A DNA stretch of 64,000 nucleotides, from NCBI GenBank assembly GCA_965235115.1, contig OZ249436.1, forward strand, positions 58,528,001-58,592,000, given 5' to 3'. Below are positions 50,291-64,000 of the stretch, in pieces. Made by a program: the position numbers and the translations under genes. The notes beneath the pieces are model-generated. The model ran no database searches. It was not told the origin of the DNA and was given only the letters and a program-made list of their open reading frames with translations. Position 1 is the first letter of the stretch; every line of letters begins with the position of its first letter. The DNA is from Laetmonice hystrix (Eukaryota).

Positions 50291-53099
50291 TACAACGGGC
50301 CTTGTATTGGACGATGCATACGATGAACCAAAGATCTGTGATGTAGGCAGACAATTGAATTATTACTGTCAGCGTTGGTATTAAGTTTCTGTACCGGTAT
50401 GCTGTACGCACAACAATATTTTATGTTTTTCCCCATCACGGGGGACTGTTTCCATATGTATAGACAGAATTTACAGTATAAATTTGCATATAGACGACTT
50501 AAAGTGGGGTATTGTTTAGAATATATACGATTATGAGTGATAGCTTGAGAAATCATAACTGTGCAGTGGACTGGCGAACATTGTTCTTGTCTTCTTTGCT
50601 GAGAAATACAATGCACAGTGTTGAACACTGTAATTGGCATCAATTTCAATTTATTGTTTGATACCCTCTGGTCACAATGGGTATCTTGATGTGAGGCAGC
50701 ACGCATCATTAGCTCCTAATGAAAGACAGCAAGCAATACTTGAAGACAGCTTTAATTCTAATTACACCAGCATTAGGAGAAACATAGCAGAAATATGCAG
50801 TATGAATATCTTCCTTGTAATTAAGTTCCAGGCATTTGCTTTGCTATTGAACACTTTGTGCGGTCCTAGGCACTGATATTTGTGAATTCTTTTGATTGAC
50901 AGATGCCATTCATTTGGAAAAGGCATAACCATGGAGCATCAAACATTAAGGGTAATTTACTAGAACAGAATATGGATTTTCGTAGAGGCATTATTTTTTA
51001 ATATAAAAGCGATTTCTCTAGTGTTGACATTCCCAGTGGATTCTACTTACTCACGAATTTGGTGACAACGCATGCCAAGTTGAATTTCTTCCTTATTATT
51101 CACCGCCCTTTGATTTAATTAATGAAATGAAATAAGGACCTCTAAAATTAAGAATAACCCCACACGTGATACATGATCCAAAATGCCAAGTAGCTATCCT
51201 CAGACGAACAATTATACAGCACCTGACAGTCGCCCCGTTCATAACACATTCCATTACATCAACTCATGTTACGCCCCTTGGTGTTGGGGGTGGTAGGGGG
51301 AGTGGGTTGGGTGAGGTGGTCTGTGGGAAGGGCCTCAGATGGCCGGCCTGGATGGCACGGGTAACAGCTGTCACGGTCCACACCATACCGTCATCTGTCA
51401 TAGGCTTTACTGCCAGCAGTGAGCGGGCATTAGCAAACTACATTTGTATGTCATCTGTGTCTAGGAGATTATCCCGGCCGCCCGCCCTGCTTCCCTTCCT
51501 CTTTCCTTCCAGTCCAGGCTGTCTAAGAGGGAAACCTCTCTCTCGTACGTTTTATCTGTTCTCTCGACCTCGGATGACGTAATATTTGAGAATACCAGGC
51601 TCTGAGGTACAGCTCAAGTGAGACGCTTATGTTCGAGGTCCTATGTTCCGGGTATGGTTAAAAGCTTCCCCGTCTTCCACGCACAAATTGATATAACGTT
51701 GCTTGAGATGCATTTGCATTTTCAAAGTTTAGAATGTGCTAAATCCCAATAAATCTGTCAAAGAAATCCACGATGGGAAATAAACATTTCTGATTTTATC
51801 AATGGTTAACAGTTTTTGTCAACGTCGCTTATTGAAATTGTTCTTTCTGAGAATACTTTAATGGAATGCTTACAGTGAATGCCTTTGGATTTCTTGTCAA
51901 TGGTATTTCATAGAAAAGACACATACATGCAAGCTCAGCAATTGTGCCATCACTTTTGATGTAACTTAGTCATTTTCATATTTAAAGGTCTTTACAGTCT
52001 GGCTATACAGTTCAGGTGCAGGTGGTAAATATTTAATTCACAGTAAATTGTGTTGAGAGAGGCATACGAAGACATCTGTGGGAAAATCTCATCGCAAATG
52101 GTAATGATGATGCAGATGGCGGTGGGCAGTATGCTCGTTACTATGGCAACCTTGCATGTTGCCATGCAGCCTCCTAAACAGCAACAGCGGCAGCAGAGGA
52201 GTATGGGGGAAGCATCGCTGTGAGGATGGTGCTGTATTGATCTAACCAGCAATGCTGAAATTTACCGGCTTGGAGAGGTAGAGATGGGCCGTGTCTGATG
52301 GTGGCTGTCTGGCAGGACCCTTGGCTGGAACCCTCCAGGACTGATAATGGCAGTATGGGAGAGGGATGCGGGACCAGGCCAGGGGACCGCGGATAGATGT
52401 GGGCCCCCTGACACCTGCCACGCTCAGTTAGACCGCGACTACATCAAGTCGACAAGTTGCTGGATTAAAGCCCCGACAAGAATGGCCACGGGAAGGCAGC
52501 GCGCCCAGACCTGTTCTAGAAGGTAGCCTGTCACACTAAGATCACCCAGGCATCACGAACACTGAGCCAGATGGTATCATAGTCAATCCCCACCAGTCCA
52601 GTAGACAAGTAAAGGTTTTAATGTTATCTATAGACACCCTGCCGACAGCTGGTTAACGCTATTCACACCGCCTTTCGTGCCCACTACTCCCGAGTGAGCT
52701 GCGGCATCCCGCCCGAGGTTTGCAAGCAAACCAAGCTCCCACAGCACACACCGTCATCCCGTAATGTATGGGTGGAAAAACGGAGTTCGCAGAATAGTAA
52801 ATGGTGGCCCAGTTGTGGTTAATTTCCATAATACCGAGTGTCTAGAAGATGGCAGTGAGCACTTTTCCCCGAAACCAACAAAGATGTATAAAAATAGATA
52901 TTCAATGTTGGACCGGAAGTAATTTTGCTTATTGGACTATTCTTCTCTCAAAAAGAATATCATAAGCCAAAGCTACATTCAAACAGAAAGCTGATAGCAA
53001 GACTTTTACGGTATAGTAAATTTGTACTCCTAAAGAAATCTGACACTGCGCAATAGGCTCACTTGGTTCTGTATATGGATGTACTGATGTTTTCCCTAC

Positions 53100-53680
53100 G
53101 CTTTACGAAGCAATTTAAAACCAAGAGTAAATACCAGTGAAGGGTAATCCCAAGGAGACATACCCGTTTTTAAGAGAAGCTCTAGAAGTACCTCATAGCA
53201 TAGCTGCATCAAGATTTGGAAAATGGAAAACATGCCATTTACAGCACTAGGGCATCGGGGATTTGAGTAGAGATCCATTTACGTCCATATCTGGAGTTAT
53301 AAAGTCGGGCTTTCCTTATTTCAATAAGGACACCAGCCAGATGAATGTGAAGGTTTGGAAAGCTGGACTGATTTTTGATTATATCATTTGGGTCGTTCGT
53401 GGATCATCTGAAATCCATTTTCATGGGGGAGTTTGCTTGATGAAATATTGATCCATCGCTTTGTAAGGTCCTCCAGCACAGATTCCAATTTTGAAATAAT
53501 GACTTCCAGTTTTGCAAAGCTCATCTTGATTGACCAACACCCGATTACACTGATATGCGTAAAGGTAGTGCTTATCCCCCACCGGTTCTTCAAGTATACA
53601 CTTGATTAAAGAAGAAAGCGATATTCTTACCCGCCAGCAACGTATGTTATACAATAGTCTTGCTAAAACTGAAGACAATG
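53100..53680 (-). mobile_element. Decayed L2-type RT fragment
   Basis: SSVLARLLYNI (GSVLGPLLFNI); HYLYAYQ (HxYADD position); ISKLESVLEDLTKRW...KL; WDYPSLVF (LDYCNSLL). By-eye only. Confidence 0.4.
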
Positions 53681-55670
53681 TATCAATATTGGAAGCTGAT
53701 TAGAATGGGTAAATCTCGTTGGTATAATACAGGATTAACGTGTTTCGTGCTAGAGCCGCCCACTATTGTAGTTTTCACTGTAAGCTCAGAGAGTATTTCA
53801 CTAAGTGATCTGTGTGAGAGTTGTACGATGTTACATTTATTGTCTTTCAACTTCGGTTCTTGATTGGGTTATACCGGTAATTGAAATATAAAATTTGGAA
53901 GAGAAATCATCATATTATCTGATTGGGTCATATTATGTTATGTTTCTGTGGCATTATATGGAGCAGTGAAGAATTAATATTTTGTAAGGACTCAACCAAA
54001 GTATACTAGCCCCAGAGTATAGGTATACTTTAAATAGAACTGGTTCCTATACGTTTCATAGCTTACTGTCTGCCCTCAAATATTCCTGAATAAGGGTATG
54101 CATCCATGAATATGGAGTACTTTCAAAATCGTCTACTTTAAAAAGAGAAGCCGAAAACATCGTTCAAATTAGACATGCATTGATTATCACTGCCTCACGG
54201 ATCACGTATTCTAGTGGATTTCCATGGCCATGTTATATTCATAAACATTGATTAGTTTTCAATGAATTTCACCGAGATATTCAGGATCTGAATTTTTGTG
54301 CATTCAAAAGATTTACGGTTGACGGTGTTGCTGGATGAATAATGGATATGTTGTGTGTTTGCTGTAGGGTGGTCGTGTCAGACTTCAAAGTGGGGAGAGA
54401 GGGGGTAGCCCACTTCCCTTACACCATCACTATTGATCAGGACTTGCTGGTAGCGCCAGTCTCTACTGTCTGTCCCCTCGTACAAAACCGCCGTAGCTAA
54501 CGTGCTTGAATTTACTGAGCTGACGACTGACGTAGCACTGTAAAAATCACTCAGGAGGTGTTTTGCTATTTAAAATCATGCTATTCAAGACTGGTTCAAG
54601 CCAGGACAAAGAGCCGGGTGAAGTCAGTTGTATGAGATGAGGAAGAGTAGAAACATCGGCACGGCTGCCGCACATATTCTTCACAAAGAATGGCTAATGA
54701 AACAAAGATGACTGCACGCCGCGCCCTTGCTCTCCTCCTGCTACTTCTCATAATTGCAATATTTCACGCAGCTTTCCATTTCAGCACACCTGTCCATCCA
54801 TCATTACATCAATTATAATACAACACTTTGTTCTTGTTTTCCTTATCTCAATTATGCACATGTTGAACTTGAAAATGCCGACGAAATTAATTCTTCACAC
54901 CCGCTAGGCGGCACAGGGCCGGTTTACTAGATAGAAGGAGATCAATGGGTCGGTACTTTTATCAGTACAGCCATGATCTCATATGTTTGTCTTGAGTTAA
55001 ATATTCAGCATATTGATCGTTTACAGTGCAGGTTAACCAAGATGAGGAGCCAGCACTGACTGCTCCTGGAAGTTTTGTTTTGTAAATTAAGCTCTTGTTG
55101 AGCACACTTGTACGCCCATGAGGAGACCCTGGTGCACGTACGTACGACTGACGTAAGTCGGTTGCCATACACTGTAAACAGACCATGACTATGAAACCAC
55201 TAAACAGGTGTTATAAATAGAATAAGTTCTTAAAGTCATCCTTATTGTGACTAGGAAGTGTATTAAAACCTTTAGTAGACGTCGGTTTTGTGATACGTTT
55301 TTAGTCCTTCAGTGTACAAATAATGCTGATAGCCTGAAATGAGGGCTACTTTCCATGCACTACTTGCAGCGCGGAATTCGGTAACCTTCTATTGGAACAC
55401 GTCGCGTACACAGCAGTTGGCAGGACCATTATGTTTGCACTCATGTACCGTGCAATCAGATAGTATCTTTGTGACATGACAGATTGAACTATTGCCCAGT
55501 GTAATAGAATCACACCTTTCCTGAGATCCCAAGTCCCCAGTCGAGCACATTTGGTTGATCACTGGACCTCTTACCGATCAAATCTCTGCCATATTTGAGT
55601 GATCACCTCGGTCACGATATCGGGATGCTACACCTGAATTAACAAATATAATGCGTAACTATAGTTCAGA

Positions 55671-55865
55671 TTGAATGGTTTAAAGAAATTAAATACTGAA
55701 TTGTTAGTTGCGATCTTAGAATGTTATCAGCAAGAGTGCACTAGTTGGAACATGTGCCCGACATGTTTCCCATGGCTAGAGGGATCGAGTCGAAGTCCTA
55801 GTTTACAGGGACCAGCGGAAACCATGTTGATCAATAAGCGTGTTGAACGGAAAGTTGCCATAGAG
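55671..55865 (+). mobile_element. Decayed CR1-type RT N-terminal fragment
   Basis: LKKLNTELLVAILECYQQ...PTCFPW then EGSSRSPSLQGPAETMLINKRVERKV resembles LK..L..xFQQS..G.xP..W..KGxRSxPxNYRPxSLT...KxxERxV. Confidence 0.4.
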
Positions 55866-57079
55866 GAAAGTGATACAGCGTTCTTTTGAATCTCGCTGTC
55901 GCTAATAAAATACGACAATGCTACAGTTACATGGCGTGCATGAAGTGACTCGTCTCCTCAGGACATGGAGATCTGTCGTTAAAACCATCATGGTACATCC
56001 GAGACCCTCCCTCTCTTTGTTCAGACACTGGTGTAATAAAACTAATCACAAAAGTTTTCTTGTTTAATCAGAATTAAGATCGCCCCGTATTAAATATACA
56101 TGTTAAAGATGTGAGCGATCACGAACGTAGCAGATGACAATACGACCTGCCAATCAATGGCAATCTAATCAACATAATTGTTTCTAACCTATCGTCCTGC
56201 CTTTTCTACCTGCCCCATAACCCACAGATCAGTGCGTCCGCCTTCTTGGCATAATACATTATTTTACATATCGTATTCAGGCGCAGTGGCTGGATGGCGG
56301 GAGACGTTATTGACAAGGTTATAACGCTGTGTTAATTATTTTAACAAGTGTAGTCACATTTTGATTGGAGGATTTGTAAGATTGACAGGAGCGTACTCTG
56401 AACACCTCGGTCTCCCTGCTGAACCGACTGCCGTACGTACAACAGCATGTTGAACGTGAGCACACAGAGCTAACATATCGTTTAGAAAAACTTTGTTGGA
56501 GGCGGTAGTGGGTGGGGATCAGTATTCACCTGAAACCTACCATCCAGAGGCCAACTGTGGCATGGGTTTAATGAGATAGGATAAATCTTCTCTCACGCGA
56601 CACGGTACCGTTGGGTATTCAGTACAGGACCCAAAATTTCTGTTTGTGATTGATAGGCTGGCGGGCTGTCCACTCACCTATGGGCTGCCCTCTGAACAGT
56701 TCTTACGAAATTATTTGTCATATTCGTAACTTTACATACATAATGATACAGACCCCTTTCTTTCTATTTAAGCGGTTTAGTGTTGCATTTAGGACAAATT
56801 CTTTAGCGAGCCTCTAACATTTTTATATGCGAGGATTTGATTAGACCTGACGTATCGTCATGTGGATTGCACCTGTGACGCACAAATGCAGAGAAAGTAT
56901 TTGTCATGTGCAAAAAAAACCTTGTAGGCACGGCGAGATTCGAGGTAGGAAATATGGAGCCGGGAGAACCATTCTTGAGAGATGTTATACAGCACCTGAG
57001 GAGGATAGAGCTATTCTAATCACCTTTGTAATGATTTGTGGATTACTGGCCTACCTAATCCTACTGATGATGCTGCTGA

Positions 57080-57500
57080 AATTATGTCAGATTGATCAAG
57101 TGCTGGAGTGAGCAGTAATAGTGTACCTCCTTTAGAAGGACTTACAAAGGCGGGATATTGATTGCCCATATTTGCCTGTGGGAATAGGGAAAGTGTGGGC
57201 TGTATCACCATTTGACTGGGGACCACGTCGAGTGAGAAAGTGAATTGTACGTTGCAATACACTGAAACGAATTGAACTGATGATGATAAAACTCTGCTAA
57301 CACCTGTGAAATGGCGGTCACAAGACACCTGACGTAAGAGGTGTTTCTAACAACGAACGTCTGAGTGGGTCAGAGGAAGTACAGGCCGGTATATATCGAG
57401 AATGGCTTGTGTGGCTTCAACGCACTCAAACTGATATCTCAGGTGGGGGTAGCGGGCCAGCCGTATAGACAGGGACAGATATGGATAGGTGATATAGTAT
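57080..57500 (+). mobile_element. Possible decayed APE endonuclease
   Basis: LQRRD; IELMMIKL; YRP followed 33 aa later by WIGD, matching YRPP...GDFN spacing. Confidence 0.28.
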
Positions 57501-60500
57501 GTAGCGGGCCACAAAGGGTTCCCATAGTGGGATTGAGAGGGGGATGAACATTGGCGGTGCTACCCACTGCACTCGTAGCTCTATAAGCTTAATGCACAAG
57601 GGACACAGCTTATCCCTTCAGGACACTCCTCCAAGGGATACCCGCTCGGGCCAGTTGAGAATCATTTGTTAGCAGCACGGGATTCCCGGTGGATGAAGAT
57701 ATTTGTCCGGTGCTTGCCGGTCCCTTTGGGGAGGGACGACTAAACAGAATTGGGAAGCAATCCATCTGTATCAACTGTTAGCGGTGCCGAGGTGTGTTGC
57801 TGGAAAAGAAGGGCCCAAACCAGCATGGCCCCTTGGGGTCCATAAAGTGGCAGTCATACATTTGTGTTCATTGTTTATTTCAGGCAGGTTCTTTCAACAA
57901 ACCAAGCCCCCCCCCCCCCCGCGTGACCGGGGCAACCATTCTTATGGTCATATAAACCATATAGCATAGGCTACAAGGTTAAAAACAACAAGAAAATGCT
58001 GTGCGTTCCAAAAAACAGTAAGGACCTCTGATGTGAGAACAACAGTCAAGATGTATTGCCTGGGCACAAGGTTCAATACACCATGAAATGGGGACATATC
58101 ATTGGTAGGAGACCATTACACGAGATCTATTGAGTCCCTGAATGCCCCTTCTGGTGCTGCATCATTATCTTGTTGAGCAGAGAGGAGATCATTTATTGTG
58201 TGTACTTAGAACAGTGACCATATCCCTGTTGGTCAAGGAGCTGTGTGCGCCATGTGTTGTGGCAGGATAAGGCTGGCCACAGGGGCAGACAATCCCAGCG
58301 TCGGAGGAACATTAAATGTGACACTCTTTCTAGCGGCAGTCACGGAGGGCCTCGAGTCGCGACCTGTGAAGATTTCAGAGCTGGGTGTTCAGGTCCAGGA
58401 GAAATTGATGTCTGAGGAACACTTAAAACCGCTGCATACTTTGACGGATTCAAATTGGCTGAATCAGAACGATCGTTGGTTTGACAGACCACGTGACGCC
58501 TCCCCAAAACGTAGGTCTTCATCCGTTTGAGGGCTCCCTGCTTGCGTAGTTGAATACCTTGATACTGACCACGTAATCCCTCATTAGGTGATCTACGGGA
58601 AGCAGGTGGTGTGGCCCGATGTGGTCACCTTCCATTAACACCCAAACGAACACGTTATGTCTGAGATGATTTGTGGAAAGGGCCTGCATAATAGGATGGC
58701 CTGCTGATTTATGTAGGGAGGGGGCGAGCTCCAGGCATTTGACAGTGGCAAATGTTGGAGATTCTGGGTGAGCGGGAGGATGGGGAGGGGAGGAGGTGAA
58801 GGACAGCCATTTTGGTGTCAGGTGCTGGCTATAGAAGGTCATGGTTTGTATGGCGGTCAGTCGGGCCGATGGGCCAGCAGTGAGGTGGCAGCTGCCATTC
58901 AACGACTGCTAAGCAGCCGATATGTCCAATAAAAGTGTGTGTACTTGTGTCCCATAGGCCTCAACAAGAAACATGGCACCTCCTGCTGATACAACATTGT
59001 CCCAGCAGCTTACAATCAGACCCCGGCTGAAATGTTATGTTCACATCCGAATTGATTTACTGGCCAGGGACGATAAAGATAATGCATTTTTGGCTTGGGA
59101 AAGCACAGCTTGGTTTGCCCCTCTGATGCATGGCATGTACATGGCACTATCTTTATGGCCCATGTAGAAGAGGGCCTCTGATGAATCAGGTAGCCATCCA
59201 GCGAGAGGGAGTAACTCAATTTCCATCATTGGGATTCTCCTCAGCTCCTTGCTGACCACATTACTAGGTCAGCCTGTCAGATTTATCTATTCCTTCAGTG
59301 CACCACATGACTATTGCCAGTACAACGTCTCACGTCCCTTTACTGACCTCGCTTTTTTTCTGGTCACATGTTTTTGCTGATGCAAGGCAAGCAATGCCCT
59401 GATGCCTGGAATGCATGTGAGATTAGATTCGCAGAATGTCAAACTAAAAATATTAACCCCTTCCTTCCGATTATTAAACTTGAGCTTGAACGAAGAATCG
59501 GGTGTGCTAAGTTACATGTATAGATTGTTGAGGTGTTAGAAAGAAAACCGTAATCCTGTCAAGACCTCAGGCTAGCTAGATGCCATAGGATTCAGGACCC
59601 ACATGGATTCAAGTCTGCCTTTAGTTACTTGAGATCCAGAATCCACTGCCAGTTCTCATTGCCTTATATCACAACCCAGGAATACGAACCGGTAACTGTG
59701 TCTGTCAAATAGTATTGGGGCGACTGGCTTGACAGACCTGCCCTATGTGAACTTGTCCGGTGCAACTAGAGTCGCTTGTCTCTCTGCCCTGCGAGCTGGC
59801 TAGAGGCAAGCACAGGTCAATGGAGAACTAATGGCAGTGGACAAGGCGTTGGTGGAGCCTTCAGTTCATGCCAGCTTCACCGACATGTAAACATGGGCCG
59901 ATCGGCCGGCTGCTCACCCTGCACTTGAGTTGGCTGAACAGTACTCGTACAAACCAGGAGGCTGCCTCCAAGAGAGGCAACCCATGTTCTTCGTCCAGGA
60001 AGCCTGATTCCGATCTGCTCTCTGTGAAAGGTGGACAAATGCTCATGGGCCATGCGATTTCCCCATGCTACTTGACAGGACAGGGACCATAATTGGCATG
60101 CTCTGGTGGAGTCAGTCAGCGAGCTGTCGGGTCCCTCTGTGGTTACCCTGCGTGTGGCTGACCCACGTCATCGGTGTGGGACTTATCGGGGTACATTTCC
60201 TTTTTCAGGTTAGCCGTATTACTTTCTCATCATCCAGACACTGGACTGAGGATGTAACGGAATTTTATGTGACTTAGAAAATACGATGCCCCAAAAGAGG
60301 AAACTTAAGTTTGCGAAAAATTAAAAGTTGTAAGTATATTAAGATTGAGAGATTGAATGCATCAGATTAAGATTTTCTTGTGACGTCACAAAATGGATCG
60401 GAATGTTTACAGCGTCTGTCGCCGCCGTTCAACAGCCAGACGGCATAATATGAGTTTTGCAGGGATCCATGACGAGTTTAAATTGCCACAATCTCCCGAT

Positions 60501-61659
60501 AATTATCAGTAATTTGCCGACGTATCCCATGACATTATCGTCAGATTGAGCGTCTCATGGCCGCGGGTTGTTTGGGGATGTCCTGCCGAGGTGAAGTCAT
60601 TGGAGCTGACCGCCCACTCGCCCCCTGACCACTGGTCAGTCGGTGTCCTCGGCCGTCCTCATCAAACAAGTCCCGCCGCCTAGACTAAGCCGGGGATCAG
60701 GTGGCGCGACTGATCAGAGATCTCATTTCAACCTCAGGTTATGGATCATCTCCTCCACTAGCGAGGAGACTGATCCACGTCCGACTAATCAGGCCGTCAC
60801 AACTAGCAGGTGACTTCCCCTAAAGGTTCGCTCCGGTCGTCCATCATAAACCTGGCGGGTGGCACCACGGACACCCTGGGATGAAGGGTTAGGATTGCGG
60901 TGTCATCTGTCGTAGAGTCTTTGTGTAAATCTGAGACTCAGCAGGGTCTGTTGGTTGTTTAACCCCGAATTTAAGTAGACACAGAAACGCAATCAGGGTG
61001 CAGGCAGTGACACGTCATTGTTTGGGTAAGAGATACCCATTCTGTAATGACGATGACAAACCCTCGGGAAGAAGAGAAGATCTAGATACAGTGGATTTTA
61101 TACCTTAATGAGTGGAGGGGGGGGGGCGCATCTCATGCGTGCTGGCAATTTTCCATCTAGTGGATAACAAGAGATAGACTGGCTTTCTTTCACTGTTCTT
61201 TCACATCTCTTTCTAAAGGTAGAAAGTGTCAGAGCTTCTGCGTGATCTCCACATAATGGTTATTTTAGATGTTGAAAGCTCTTAACGATGGTCTGAATAG
61301 TGCAAAATGGTCACTTGAAGTCGTAGATTCATATGGCAGCAGAGACTTCAGGTGGACTCAAGGTGGAGGCGAGGCATCCTCTTATATCGCTGACCATGCA
61401 GAATTGGCGTTAAAACGTTTGGAGAACATTGAGTAAACATGAACATGCAGCGCACCGAGGGAGGATGGAGAACTACGAGACACAGTACGATTCTGTCCCC
61501 CACAATAACTCCGCTGGACACACACACTGGTGACAAGCTGCTTGACAGCGACTCCTTCTAATGTCTTTTCACTTTATTAAATAGGTTCATAGCAAAGGAG
61601 CTTACCACAGTTTGGTATTCTATATGCAGGTTCCATGTGGGCGAAGGAATTTGTGAGCG

Positions 61660-61950
61660 CACGGGGGACGGTGGGTTGAGATAGGTACGGGACTAGCCGG
61701 TGTTGTGGAGCAGTGTTGATCAGGCTAGCGGCAGTGTACAGGCCGACAGTGGACGGAATGGTCAATGAATACTTGCCTCGGGTAATCCCCTTACCAGGCG
61801 CACAATTACAACCCTCTGTTCTATGCATATATAAGTCTATTCTCCATTCTGCGAAAAGCCTTTGGGGGATTTTGACGTGATATTCTGGAAGAGCACAACG
61901 TAATATATTGGAGAGTCTTCTGGAATAACTGCATGTCTTGGTGGATTTCA
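61660..61950 (+). mobile_element. Possible decayed APE endonuclease (L2-like)
   Basis: RGTVG; LIRLAAVYRP (YRP at 61737); frameshifted LGDFDV (61862); ILESLLE*LHV. Confidence 0.28.
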
Positions 61951-64000
61951 GCATTTGATGTCTGTCTTAAAAATAATTTATTATATATTGTTTATTTTAA
62001 ATTGTTTTCTGATTTCTGGGGAGATGTATGCTAAATAATTAATTTTCAATATGTGAAATCAGCATCAGGTATCTTAGGCGGAAATCAATGTTTCCTGATC
62101 CCAAATATTCTGCATCCATGAGTCACATGTGCATTATTCATGAAGGTTACAGAAGGTGCCTCAGTGGGGTTGAACAGGCTGGTGGTGTCTGTGAGTTTCT
62201 ATACCCTCCCTGCCCGGCATAACCCCCACCCCCACCCCCACCAGTCCGGTACGGCCGCCACACGTAGCTGCAGTAGTGCACCCCGTGTACCCAGGCCGTC
62301 TGATTACCTCTCAATCCCCGACTTAACCAGCCAACCCACAACCCACCCAGGTGGGGACTCCCAGTCCCGGCCCGGCCTAGCTCCCCTTTGATCCACCAAT
62401 ATTAATCCCATGCATTGTTGCTAGCACAGGGCTATGTGTTTATATCATTAGCATGTACATATGCCATGATAATCCTGGCCAGACAAACATGATTGTAATC
62501 ATAAGGGCAAACAGCATGTAGCAGTCGGCAGCTGTGCGTTTCACGTCAAGCATGTAATGAGAGCTGACAACATAATGTGGTGCACAGAGAAAACGTCAAT
62601 TGGAACACATTTGCACCTTTTTGCTGGAAATCATTCAAGTTTCACTTATTCAGAGTGTTTATTCTGTGCACCTTTTGAAAACAAACTAGGCCAGTGTTTT
62701 TAACACTAAAATCGTGGCAGGTCTAGAGTGGCCATTAGATACTTTCTGTGAAAAGTCATCAAAGAAGGTGGAACGAATGTTATGTTGATAAAGGCAGAGT
62801 TGGCAATTGTTAATAATGAATTTCTATGGTGATTATAATTCTCCAAATGTCTCGAACTCAATCAGGCAGAAAATAGGCAGACCTGTTTATTTATTCATCC
62901 AGAAATAAATTTGTCCATTCATCATTGATGCACGTCATCGTCCAATGAAATTCGTTCTGGGAAGGTTTGCTGACTACTATTTACATCCTTCCTTGCTCAA
63001 AAGGAGTTCAGTAAAAAAATCTTTTGTTATTTGAACCCACCACAGGAGAGGTAATGTATAACCACGTGGGGAAAATCATTGCTAAGTTAATTAGTGGAAG
63101 ATGACACCTACATGCAGGTTTAAATGGTTAATTCCTAATAAGAGACACAATCCAGCAATACTGCACCAATGATGTTAATAATAATGGGTAGGTTAATAAT
63201 GTTAAGTGTGGCGGTTAGTGAGGGAACAATGGCAGTCCACAGCCGACACGGAGAGCAAGGAGAGACTGTGAAACCCGATCACTGCAATGTTTAATGACAA
63301 CCCTCCAGTAACAGTTCTCTCTACTGGGGCTTGGCATAGGCGGCCAGGACCACCCACATGCACTGCTACACACCTAATAAGGCACGGCAAACAGCCTACC
63401 CTTACTATTGTGTTACCTTGTCGATGGTCGACTCGTGCATCATGAATCTCAGCCGTATAAATAATACACACTGTTCAGCAACATCCATCACCTGACAATA
63501 CATACAGTGAGGGACAAACCGCTGCAAGTGTCCCATCGTGTGGCTCTTCGCACTACTTGTGTGTGCATGCTATTATCATGTTACAAATGTATTCAATTTA
63601 GTCCAATTTATTGAAAGGTGGTATCTTTCTATAATATATACTCAGACATATCCATTGCTCCATTACGTATGATTATATTGGACAAAAGTAAAAAAAACTA
63701 TAATCACTGCAGGAAGCTGTCTTTGTTTACATGTAGGTAAAGGAAAAGCTCATTATTTTAGACCATGCGCATCTTCCCAGAACAACTGAATCCGAATACC
63801 TTAACAACATTTGAATATTCCAGTAAATCCACGTGCTGCCAAATTCACCGGCATTTCACAACAGACTCATGATGGTAGTTACTATCGTCTTCGTTTCATA
63901 TACTTGGAATGGGATTAAAGTTTTAAAAAATGGCATTCCTCTGTAACATCTCTTTGCATAATTGGATTATCTTGGAGTGATTAAACATGGCATTGAGTAG

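Noticed and set aside
49245-50709. Long ORFs (176-472 aa) on the minus strand
   Set aside because: They are translations of the 40-bp repeat in several frames; openness reflects repeat composition, not coding.
57365-57547. SRCR domain (GQIWIGDIVCSG)
   Set aside because: Most conserved cysteines and the GRVEV motif are missing; YRP...GD spacing fits an endonuclease remnant equally well or better.
1-64000. Prokaryotic/phage or endogenous giant-virus gene cluster; tRNA genes
   Set aside because: No long gene-dense ORFs and no PolB, capsid or Walker-A hallmarks recognised; no cloverleaf or intact A/B-box pair seen by eye (tRNAscan-SE would be decisive).

Overview
Eukaryotic (animal-like, probably marine invertebrate; inference from composition, TACATGTA/TAGGCCTA motifs and element types) non-genic DNA. 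I found no intact protein-coding gene, tRNA, rRNA, operon or CRISPR array. Directly visible structure: two tandem arrays (47563-48230, 52/57/59-bp units; 49325-50290, 40-bp units with a 259-bp higher-order duplication), four small TIR elements (MITEs) and many G/C homopolymers. By-eye translation suggests many very decayed transposon ORF fragments (CR1/L2/RTE/L1-type RT and APE endonuclease, Ty3/Gypsy integrase, MULE, Academ-like); these are low-confidence motif recognitions without a database search. Most interesting lead: the unit of the first array aligns in register with the 5' half of 5S rRNA and lies inside a Helentron/HINE-like frame, i.e. a possible 5S-derived minisatellite carried by a non-autonomous element.
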